In this document: in pieces, positions 16,583-24,278 of the stretch
Layout of the letters: each line of letters begins with the position of its first letter
How positions within the stretch are numbered: position 1 is the first letter of the stretch
From: Geotalea daltonii FRC-32
GTDB taxonomy: Bacteria; Desulfobacterota; Desulfuromonadia; Geobacterales; Geobacteraceae
DNA: 32,000 nt
Direction: 5' to 3'
Assembly (NCBI RefSeq): GCF_000022265.1
Contig: NC_011979.1
Span: 1,890,001 to 1,922,000, forward strand
Made by a program: the position numbers and the translations under genes
Notes under the pieces: model-generated
The model's input: only the letters and a program-made list of their open reading frames with translations
Databases searched by the model: none
Told to the model about the DNA's origin: nothing

Positions 16583-19500
16583 ATGTTCTCCTTTTATCAC
16601 AGTCAGCAGGGTGTAGATAATGTCAGTTATTATAAAGGAACTTTGTTTGAGAGCTTACTGCAACAATATTTGCTCTCAACAGGTTTCGAGGTAGAGCTAC
16701 GGAGGAAGAAGAACAGTCTCGAATATGATATTGAAGGCAAGAACGTTATTACCGGCCAGCACGTCATAGGGGAAGCTAAGGCATATGAAAACCCGATCAA
16801 AGGAAAGGAACTCAGTTCATTTGTCGGGAAGCTCGTACCGCTTGGTTTATTCCAAAATCGCGTTCATGGAATATTCCTATCAACATCGTCGCTCACCCCT
16901 GATGCCGAAGATTATTTTTCGACAGTTAAAAATTACGGTATCACCACAAAAAATGGTAGGGAGTTATACGCAGCCATTGAAGCTGCGCTGAAACTACCGA
17001 CATTTATAGGACTGTCAAAAGTAATTGACAGGGCAGGCTACACTCCGATCACCAGCAGTATTCTTACCACCGATACCGGCATTTTTATAATTGTGATCGC
17101 ACGTGCCCACAGTTCGGGCACACCGGCATATTTTACTATTTTTGACGAACATGGACATCAGATTGACGACACCACCTTCATAAGTGCCGTCCGCGAAGCA
17201 GATCAGTCACTCCAGTCGTTGCAGCCCATTCTTCCCAAGAAACAGTCTAAAAGTGTTACGGCTGAACAGGAACGCAGTATTCCCTTTGGATTAACGCTTG
17301 GTGCAGAATGGACAGACTATTGGCTTCCGGCAAGCCCTCAATACTTTGTTGGCAGGCAGAAGTTTGTTGATAAAGTTTTTTCGCTGTTGAACCAGCGACA
17401 AACGCCAAACATCATTCAAATTAAAAGCCGCTCCGGCGTTGGTAAAAGCTCGGTGTTAGCCTACATAGAAAGCTTGTATTCGACGCTTGGCAATATTACC
17501 GAAATTCATGATGCCCGTGATATCAAGTCAGTTCTTGATGTTTTTGCTGTAGTCCAGAGGTTTACTCAATCGGAGCGATTGGCACACGACTTCAAGGAGC
17601 TTGAATCGCAAATTCAAGCATTTTCTGCATCAAACACGGCCGCCCTGAAGCTGTTTTTCGTGGATCAGTTTGAGTCAACATTTCACAATCCCGAAGTTTT
17701 TCATGCTTATGAAAACGTTTTCGACGCCTTCTCGCGCATCGGAAATGGGCTTTACATTCTCATTGCCCGCAAGAACGATCAATTGACGACTTATGACGAT
17801 ACGAAGATAACTCTGGACAAGTTGAATGCAACGTCCAAGTCGTTCGAACTGAAGGATTTTACAAAAGATGAAGCTATACAGCTTATCCGTGAAATTTGTC
17901 GTGAACATACAAAACAGATCGGAAGTGACGTAAGAGCCTATGTTCTCGAATTCGCACAAGGTTTCCCATGGCTGTTGAAACGGACTATGGCGCACATTGT
18001 GCGCCTCGTGAATAAGGGGGTATCGCAAAAAGAGCTTTTCGCAACAGGCTTGAGGCTGGATGACCTGTTTGATGAGGAGTTGGAGGGGCTAGATGAGATC
18101 GAAAGGGATTATATTGCCCGAATTGCCAGTCGCTTGCCTGCAGATTACAACCAACTGCAAAGACAGTTTGATGAAGACCCGTTACTACCAAAAATTTTGG
18201 ACAAATTAACCCGCTCACGACTGCTGCGTCTAACCGGGGCTACCTATGACACCTACAATGATGTTTTCAAAGAATACCTAAAATACAACAAGCTGCCGGA
18301 GTTCAGTTACTTGTGCATCTACAGGCAACCTCCGAGCACTGTTTTAGCAGCATTCCACGATTCATTCGAAAAAGATCCCTTTACTTCGGAAGAGCTGGCA
18401 AAAATCCTGAAAAAGACCCAAGGTAGCGTTTTCAATATCGTCAGGGAGCTCCGAAGTTTTAACCTGATAGTGGCCGATGGCGACAGATGGTGCATACCGC
18501 AAACCGTCAAAGACATATACAATCGCGGCCGCCTTGGCGAATACATCAGACGCCAATTGCTGGAAAATGAGATCGTCTCTCGCCTGATTAGACACATATC
18601 CCAAGATGGCCGATTTCCTAGCGACAGGTTGACCGATTATCTGCAAGAACAATTTCCGTTTATAGAAGCAGCACCAAAGACCTGGGCCATCTATGCAGCT
18701 ATCTTGCGGGCATGGATGACTGAAACCAAGCTGCTTCAATTTACGAATGACTCATATTTAGTGCAGCCTGTCGAAGCTCGTGCCACGCAAATCGAGAACC
18801 TCGGCAATATGATTGCCACTCCAACGCTAGGAAGAAGAGGTGCATACTCACAACACCAATCTTCTTATATATTCTTGCCGAACTGCGCAAATTTAAAATC
18901 TGTGGAGCAGGCGCTTGTCTCCCTGCAAAACGGGGTGCCAATTGCTGAAATAAAGGACCGCACCACCCTGACTGACCTAAGAAATGGCGGATGGCTTATA
19001 AACAATTGCCCAACTTCCGCAACCGGGGAAGAATTTAGAACTCTGGTAAAAGAAGCGATTACGAAGGAATGCTTCAACCCGGTCTGGGAGGCAGTTAGGA
19101 CTGGCCAACCAGCATTGGTGGCTTTCCAGCAGCTGGCAGGTGGATATTCAGAGGAGACCTTGAAATGGAAACTGAAAATGTTAATCAGATGGGCTAAGGA
19201 ACTTGGCATCATTGCAAAAAGCAGGGTTTCCGTTACCACACATAAAAGGATTTCCCGGCCGCTTCATTCAACGCGAAAAGGCACTACCCCGCCTGTGCCG
19301 TCAAAGCCGTCACATCCATTTGAAGGTGTTTCCTACGAGCAAATCAAACACTACATTGAAGAACACTTCCCTAAAGTTAGGGGCGTCACCAGAATTGATA
19401 TTGCTCGCACTAATACTCATGGGTGGGAGATTAGAATCAGGCGACGAGGTAACAACATCAACGAGTTTTTCTCAGATATGGGATCTGGCGGGATCAGGGA

Positions 19501-19822
19501 GGCCTATGAAACCGCGATTGCACGGCTTAACGTTTTGGAGTTGGATGCAAACTTACGTCCATATACTCGTTCAGAGCTTTCAGGTTTGGCTTCTAAACGA
19601 AACACATCTGGCATTGTAGGGGTAAGAAAATCCAAGCGTTCAAACAAAAGCGAAGGGTACGATTCCTGGATAGCTTTTGGAGCACCTCGCCCTGGGGATC
19701 ACATAGTGAAGAGCTTCTCTATCAATAAGTATGGAGAGGAAGAGGCAAAGCGGCTTGCCATTGCGCAGAGGAAGGAATGGGAGGAGCAGATGATGGCGTA
19801 TGAACGTGAGCAAAGAAAATGA
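16583..19822 (+). CDS. Multidomain protein: Mrr-like PD-(D/E)xK nuclease, P-loop STAND/Orc-Cdc6-like NTPase, winged-helix region and two AP2-like DNA-binding domains
   Basis: The 1079-aa ORF lies in AT-rich DNA. Residues 15-130 carry FESLL...EYDIEG...IGEAKAY (D49, E64, K66). FVGRQ starts at aa 255. Walker A is SRSGVGKSS (aa 282-290) and Walker B is LFFVDQFE (aa 357-364). GFPWLL lies at aa 460-465. The AP2-like segments are GVTRI...HGWEIRIRRRG...REAYETAIA and SGIVGVRKS...YDSWIAFG...FSINKYGEEEAKRLAIAQRKEW. Confidence 0.85.
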   Translation: MFSFYHSQQGVDNVSYYKGTLFESLLQQYLLSTGFEVELRRKKNSLEYDIEGKNVITGQHVIGEAKAYENPIKGKELSSFVGKLVPLGLFQNRVHGIFLSTSSLTPDAEDYFSTVKNYGITTKNGRELYAAIEAALKLPTFIGLSKVIDRAGYTPITSSILTTDTGIFIIVIARAHSSGTPAYFTIFDEHGHQIDDTTFISAVREADQSLQSLQPILPKKQSKSVTAEQERSIPFGLTLGAEWTDYWLPASPQYFVGRQKFVDKVFSLLNQRQTPNIIQIKSRSGVGKSSVLAYIESLYSTLGNITEIHDARDIKSVLDVFAVVQRFTQSERLAHDFKELESQIQAFSASNTAALKLFFVDQFESTFHNPEVFHAYENVFDAFSRIGNGLYILIARKNDQLTTYDDTKITLDKLNATSKSFELKDFTKDEAIQLIREICREHTKQIGSDVRAYVLEFAQGFPWLLKRTMAHIVRLVNKGVSQKELFATGLRLDDLFDEELEGLDEIERDYIARIASRLPADYNQLQRQFDEDPLLPKILDKLTRSRLLRLTGATYDTYNDVFKEYLKYNKLPEFSYLCIYRQPPSTVLAAFHDSFEKDPFTSEELAKILKKTQGSVFNIVRELRSFNLIVADGDRWCIPQTVKDIYNRGRLGEYIRRQLLENEIVSRLIRHISQDGRFPSDRLTDYLQEQFPFIEAAPKTWAIYAAILRAWMTETKLLQFTNDSYLVQPVEARATQIENLGNMIATPTLGRRGAYSQHQSSYIFLPNCANLKSVEQALVSLQNGVPIAEIKDRTTLTDLRNGGWLINNCPTSATGEEFRTLVKEAITKECFNPVWEAVRTGQPALVAFQQLAGGYSEETLKWKLKMLIRWAKELGIIAKSRVSVTTHKRISRPLHSTRKGTTPPVPSKPSHPFEGVSYEQIKHYIEEHFPKVRGVTRIDIARTNTHGWEIRIRRRGNNINEFFSDMGSGGIREAYETAIARLNVLELDANLRPYTRSELSGLASKRNTSGIVGVRKSKRSNKSEGYDSWIAFGAPRPGDHIVKSFSINKYGEEEAKRLAIAQRKEWEEQMMAYEREQRK

Positions 19823-19857
19823 TCTCCAAGAGAACGAACGAAAGAGGGGAAACAAGG

Positions 19858-19918
19858 GGGTCGCATCTTCAAATTCTAATTTTGAGTTTTGGAGACGCAA
19901 CCCCATATGCCTCCTCCA
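19858..19918 (+). repeat. 61-nt structured repeat, copy 1
   Basis: The sequence is GGGTCGCATCTTC-loop-GGAGACGCAACCC-CATATGCCTCCTCCA. It matches the copy at 22451-22511 at 56 of 61 positions. Confidence 0.9.
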
Positions 19919-20010
19919 GTCAATTGTTGGTGGCAGTTCTTAGCTATTCTCTATTTGTAATGCAAGTAGTCACGGTCCTTCTCGGAAAACCGAAAGATCT
20001 ATAAGAGACC

Positions 20011-21717
20011 ATGAAAAAAATCTACCTTGTCGAGACAGAAACATTGCTGAAATGGACCTGGGCCGAAATAGAGCCCCATTATCAAAAGTTGCAAGCTTTT
20101 GAATTGAACACTGGCAATGTGGATGCCTGGTTGAAGGATTGGTCGGATCTGACCCGACGTGTTTACGAAATTCCGACCCGGCTGGTGGTGCGCACGTGGG
20201 TCAACACGGCGGATGAAGAAGGCAAAAGGCTTTATTCAAACTTTCTGGACACGATTTTTCCCAAGATCGAGGAAGCCGAAAACGGCCTGAATAAAAAAAT
20301 TCTCGATAGCAAGCTGGAGCCAAAAAACTTGAGGATTGCTTTGCGGAATATGCGTGCCGAAGCCGATTTGTTTCGCGAGGAGAACCTGCCGCTACGCTCC
20401 GAAGAAGAAAAGACTGGGCTGGAATACAACAAAATCAGGGCTGCGCAAACGATCGAATGGGCGAACGAAGAGCGAACCGTTGCTCAAATGTACCCGTTGC
20501 AACTGGAGAAGGACCGCGCCACGCGCGAAACAGCCATGCGGATGGTGCTCGAACGCCAGTATGCGGACTTTGAAGCGCTGGGCGAAATCTGGATAAAGCT
20601 GATGGAAATTCGCCGACAGGTTGCGCGCAATGCGGGCAAAGCCGACTACCGGGCCTACCAGTGGCAAAACAAGCGACGTTTTGACTATACCCCCGAAGAC
20701 GCCAAATCTTTCCACCGTGCCATCGAAGAAGTGGTCGTCCCAGCAACAGCGCGCATCCGCGAGCGAAGGCGGAAAATACTGGACGTGGCGACTCTGCGTC
20801 CATGGGATACGGAAGCTGACTCCAATGGATTGGACCCCATCCGCCCATTCAAAACGATGGATGAGTTGAACCGGGGAATGAAAAGGATTTTCGACAAGGT
20901 TGACCCGGATTTTGGCGACCGCTATCAAACGATGTTGACCGAAGGCCTGCTCGATCTGGAAAACCGCAAGAACAAAGCTCCAGGCGGCTACTGCACGATG
21001 TTCCCGGTGGCGCACCGACCATTCATTTTTATGAATTCGGTCGGTACGCATGCCGATGTGAATACCTTGCTGCATGAAGGCGGGCACAGCTTCCACGTCT
21101 TTGAAACCGCCGGGACTGATCTGTTCCACAATATCAAATACTCGCCAGCGGAATTCAATGAAGTAGCTTCAATGGCTATGGAACTTTTGGGGGGGCGCTA
21201 CTTGATGGAGAGCGGCATGTACACAGCAGCCGAAGCTGCTCAAGCACGCATCAAAGATCTTGAAACCCACCTGCTTTCCTGGCCGAGTATGGCCGTGGCA
21301 GATGCCCTCCAGCACTGGATTTATGAAAACCATCACTTGGCGAGCGACCCAGTCAGGGTCAGCGAAAAATGGAGCGAACTCTATGATCGCTACATGGTGG
21401 GATTGGATTGGAGTGATCTGGAACAGTACAAAGCAGCGTGCTGGCAAAGTATCCAACATATCTACCTTTGGCCGTTCTATTATGTAGAATACGGGCTGGC
21501 ACAGCTTGGCGCGTCGCAAATCTGGGCTAATTCACTGGCGGATTACCCGGGGGCGGTCAAAGCCTACCGCAAAGCACTCTCCCTGGGTGCAACGGTCACC
21601 CTGCCCGAGTTATTCGCGGCAGCCGGCGCCAAATTCTCTTTTGATGCCGCCACACTCAAACGCTCGGTCGATCTTATCGAACGGACGATAGAAGAACTTG
21701 ATTCCGCGCACTTATGA
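20011..21717 (+). CDS. pepF: M3-family oligoendopeptidase (PepF-like)
   Basis: The 568-aa product has the zinc motif LLHEGGHSFH and a downstream E ligand region (EFNEVASM), with the overall M3B layout. Confidence 0.85.
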   Translation: MKKIYLVETETLLKWTWAEIEPHYQKLQAFELNTGNVDAWLKDWSDLTRRVYEIPTRLVVRTWVNTADEEGKRLYSNFLDTIFPKIEEAENGLNKKILDSKLEPKNLRIALRNMRAEADLFREENLPLRSEEEKTGLEYNKIRAAQTIEWANEERTVAQMYPLQLEKDRATRETAMRMVLERQYADFEALGEIWIKLMEIRRQVARNAGKADYRAYQWQNKRRFDYTPEDAKSFHRAIEEVVVPATARIRERRRKILDVATLRPWDTEADSNGLDPIRPFKTMDELNRGMKRIFDKVDPDFGDRYQTMLTEGLLDLENRKNKAPGGYCTMFPVAHRPFIFMNSVGTHADVNTLLHEGGHSFHVFETAGTDLFHNIKYSPAEFNEVASMAMELLGGRYLMESGMYTAAEAAQARIKDLETHLLSWPSMAVADALQHWIYENHHLASDPVRVSEKWSELYDRYMVGLDWSDLEQYKAACWQSIQHIYLWPFYYVEYGLAQLGASQIWANSLADYPGAVKAYRKALSLGATVTLPELFAAAGAKFSFDAATLKRSVDLIERTIEELDSAHL

Positions 21718-21741
21718 AACGCAAGAATAGAGGATCGATCA

Positions 21742-21882
21742 ATGGATGTAGTAGGCATTGTCGCGAGCCCAAGGAAACAGATGAACACGGATACCGTGGT
21801 TCAGAGAATATTGGATGGTTGTCAGGCTTCAGGTGCCGGGATTTCCAAGATCTATCTGAGTGGCCCAGGGGAGAGAACTTAG
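21742..21882 (+). pseudogene. Remnant (46 codons) of an NADPH-dependent FMN reductase / flavodoxin-like gene
   Basis: My translation is MDVVGIVASPRKQMNTDTVVQRILDGCQASGAGISKIYLSGPGERT*. It matches the N-terminal G(S)PRK..NT loop of that family and then stops. It is too short to appear in the ORF track. Confidence 0.5.
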
Positions 21883-21933
21883 TTCGTTCATTACGAAGGT
21901 AATCAAGCAATTGCAAACAACGGAGGAGGCGCT

Positions 21934-22425
21934 ATGCAGATGAAAGCTTCTTCGGAGAAAACAAAGCCGGCAACTCCCTTTACCGACGATTTCCAGATGC
22001 TGTGTGCCTTGATCACCCATCTGGGCTCCCACGAGAAGTGGCAGTCGAGAACTCCTTCGGAAATAGGGGGAAGCCTTGCCATGCCTCCAGCGGAGGTAGA
22101 GCGGGTATTGGCTGCTTTTCCCTGTTTTTTTCGGGAATCCACAAACCGTAAAAACGGTGAGAGGCTCTTCACGGTGCATCTCCGCTATGCGCGCAGAAAA
22201 AAGGACCCGGTCTCCGGTGACAATGTTTCCGAACCGATGACCCCCGAGGAGATCGGATTGTTAATGACTCTCCTGACGCAAATGGTGTCCCTCGAAAAGC
22301 AGGAATCACAGTTTGTGGTTGAAATGCGGGAAAACAATAAGAGCCACGCCCGTACCGTTACAACAGCAATCATCGTCGCCGTTATATCCGCCCTGGCATC
22401 TCTCCTTGTTGCTCTGCTGAAATAA
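21934..22425 (+). CDS. Hypothetical protein with C-terminal membrane anchor
   Basis: The 163-aa ORF has a strong RBS (GGAGGAGG 5 nt upstream). The C-terminus TTAIIVAVISALASLLVALLK is hydrophobic. Confidence 0.6.
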   Translation: MQMKASSEKTKPATPFTDDFQMLCALITHLGSHEKWQSRTPSEIGGSLAMPPAEVERVLAAFPCFFRESTNRKNGERLFTVHLRYARRKKDPVSGDNVSEPMTPEEIGLLMTLLTQMVSLEKQESQFVVEMRENNKSHARTVTTAIIVAVISALASLLVALLK

Positions 22426-22450
22426 AGACATTGCCTGCGAGGAAAAAAGA

Positions 22451-22511
22451 GGGTCGCGTTTCCAAATTCCAATTTTGAGTTTCGGAGACGCAACCCCATA
22501 TGCCTCCTCCA
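22451..22511 (+). repeat. 61-nt structured repeat, copy 2
   Basis: The sequence is GGGTCGCGTTTCC-loop-GGAGACGCAACCC-CATATGCCTCCTCCA. It is the partner of 19858-19918. Confidence 0.9.
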
Positions 22512-22515
22512 ATAA

Positions 22516-22887
22516 TTACGCAGCTTTGGAGCCGGAGAGTGCAATATGTATCTCTATATCATCCCACGGTACCAAAACATTATTTTCCTCGTCCTTGGCA
22601 ATGAGACCAAGCTCAATCAATCTGGCGACGGAAGAGTGGACGTTGCTGTAATTGCGCCCCAGGGTTTTCGCTAGTCGATAGACAGACTGCGGTCCTGTTC
22701 TCTTCAGGGTATCAAGAAGCTCCATGCGCTTCGGTGTCAATTCGGCGAACAGTTGAGCCGCGGTGGCAAAGTTAAGACGATAATCGGCGGGAGCAAGTTC
22801 CTTGCCGCTATCCATGGCAGCCGCGAGAGCATGGAGTTCGCCGGCAGTTTCCTTGAAACTGGATATGCCAATGATTGCTTTAGTCAT
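22516..22887 (-). CDS. MarR/wHTH-type DNA-binding protein, probable antitoxin (TumA-like)
   Basis: The 123-aa product contains LTPKRMELLDTLKRTGPQSVYRLAKTLGRNYSNVHSSVARLIELGLI, which reads as a winged helix. It shares a 4-nt ATGA overlap with the upstream small gene. Confidence 0.7.
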   Translation of the reverse strand: MTKAIIGISSFKETAGELHALAAAMDSGKELAPADYRLNFATAAQLFAELTPKRMELLDTLKRTGPQSVYRLAKTLGRNYSNVHSSVARLIELGLIAKDEENNVLVPWDDIEIHIALSGSKAA

Positions 22888-23183
22888 GGTTTTTCTCCTG
22901 TCAGCCGCTCAATGTCGGCATAGAAATCCTGGACAAGCTGTCCGAAGGAGCTGAAGTGATAGGGCTGTTCCCTTGAACCGTAGTGGATATGATCTCCTTT
23001 GCCGGACTCATTGTCGTAGCGGACGATGCAGTCACCATTTCTTCCGCAGTAAAGGCGATATTTAAAGCCATGAGGCCGCTCAAGGCTCGGTTTCGGCAAC
23101 TGCCATATCACGGCTTCTATGATGAGGCCGGAAGGATATTTGTCCTTTTTTGCATATACCAGCGTAGCGTCCATGTATTGCAT
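22884..23183 (-). CDS. DUF6516 / TumE-like putative toxin
   Basis: The product has IIEAVIWQLP...PHGFKYRLYCG...IVRYDNESGKGDHIHYG...PYHFSS...LVQDFYADI, a pattern I recall for the TumE family. The start is uncertain: ATG 23183 is preferred on length, with ATG 23213 and TTG 23240 as alternatives. Confidence 0.6.
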   Translation of the reverse strand: MQYMDATLVYAKKDKYPSGLIIEAVIWQLPKPSLERPHGFKYRLYCGRNGDCIVRYDNESGKGDHIHYGSREQPYHFSSFGQLVQDFYADIERLTGEKP

Positions 23184-23382
23184 TATATGCAATATGTGGT
23201 GCTGGTGCAACATAACAAATTTGCAATGTAACCTTTCCAAAGGCGGGCGATATTAAACGACCTGATATGTATACTCTGCGAGAGAAAAGGGGGTAGGCTA
23301 CTTTTCTGCCCAGTGGCATTAAAAAACCGGGGGTGCCTCCTAACCGATTATGACGAAACTAATAACTGAGGGGGAAAATGCT

Positions 23383-23919
23383 ATGAGGATTACTAAAATC
23401 AAAATGCAAGTTAGCCCAATCTTTCTTATTTGGATTTTGTTGATGCTATTACCCGCCATTTGCTGGGCGTCTTCAATTCCAAAAGAAGCAGAGGCGGCGT
23501 CAAACCTTGTGGGCCTTAGGTACGGACCGGGTTTGCCTGAAGGATATGCATTGCAAAGAGCCGCTCTAATCGACGCAATGAATGGGAAAGAATTCGGAAT
23601 CACCCATGTGAAAAAGGGGAGTACCCAAATGGTGTGGTTTGATGTGATGACTCATCGCGTTTCAAAGAAAGCACACTGGATGATACTCGATGTTCTTGTG
23701 CTGCCATCCTTCACGATCAATGAAACCCTGGAAATCGGTCAGTGTTTTCTTAACGGCGTGATTGACTCAGAAATTGTCGCCATTGTGGAAGAGGAAAGAG
23801 ATCAGGAGTTTCTTTCTAAAATTCATCGGGCCTGGAGAGCGAACCGCGGCACTGGTAAGTTTGAGAGCATTCCGCCCATAGGGATCAAATGCACCAACGA
23901 GAACTATGGGATGGATTGA
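23383..23919 (+). CDS. Hypothetical secreted protein
   Basis: The ATG at 23383 follows GAGGGGG. The signal-peptide-like N-terminus is MRITKIKMQVSPIFLIWILLMLLPAICWASS. I recognise no family. Confidence 0.6.
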   Translation: MRITKIKMQVSPIFLIWILLMLLPAICWASSIPKEAEAASNLVGLRYGPGLPEGYALQRAALIDAMNGKEFGITHVKKGSTQMVWFDVMTHRVSKKAHWMILDVLVLPSFTINETLEIGQCFLNGVIDSEIVAIVEEERDQEFLSKIHRAWRANRGTGKFESIPPIGIKCTNENYGMD

Positions 23920-24034
23920 AGCCTACGACGAAAATGAATCTTTAACAACGAACGAATGGACCCTGTTTCGGTCACTCACAGGTCATCCACAACCCGGTTA
24001 AACGTATGAGCAACCACAACCCAAAGGAAATCCA

Positions 24035-24259
24035 ATGTCGATACATCGCTGGTGGCTGGCTCTTGTTGCGGCGTTGCTCACGCCATGGGTCGGGCCTCAC
24101 ATGGATCGGTATCTGCCCGTGGGGTGGGTGTTGATCAAGGCAAGTACCGAGACGGCCGATGCAGGATTTTGGGTTATCGCCGGTGTATTGCTCGGGCTGG
24201 GTTATGGCGTTTGGCTTTTGATCCTGAGCGGGATCGCTGCCTGGCGTTCGCGTCATTAG
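24035..24259 (+). CDS. Possible small two-TM membrane protein
   Basis: The 74-aa product has two hydrophobic stretches, and AAGGAAA lies upstream. A competing antisense ORF (23972-24454) looks less protein-like. Confidence 0.4.
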   Translation: MSIHRWWLALVAALLTPWVGPHMDRYLPVGWVLIKASTETADAGFWVIAGVLLGLGYGVWLLILSGIAAWRSRH

Positions 24260-24278
24260 CAGGTTGTACAGACGTTTT

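Noticed and set aside
19931-19945. Sigma-54-like TGGCAGTTCTTAGCT upstream of pepF
   Set aside because: The GC element is displaced by 1 nt relative to the consensus, and the TTGC is not present.
20392-21129. 245-aa minus-strand ORF
   Set aside because: It is antisense to the M3 peptidase gene, which carries the HEGGH zinc motif in the plus frame.
19640-22544. Two minus-strand ORFs (19640-19906 and 22185-22544) share an MGLRL(Q/R)NSKLEF start with a perfect SD, suggesting a duplicated small gene
   Set aside because: Similarity ends right after the 61-nt repeat. Both ORFs continue antisense into well-supported plus-strand genes with R/S/C/F-rich translations. The stem substitutions preserve pairing only in the plus-strand RNA.
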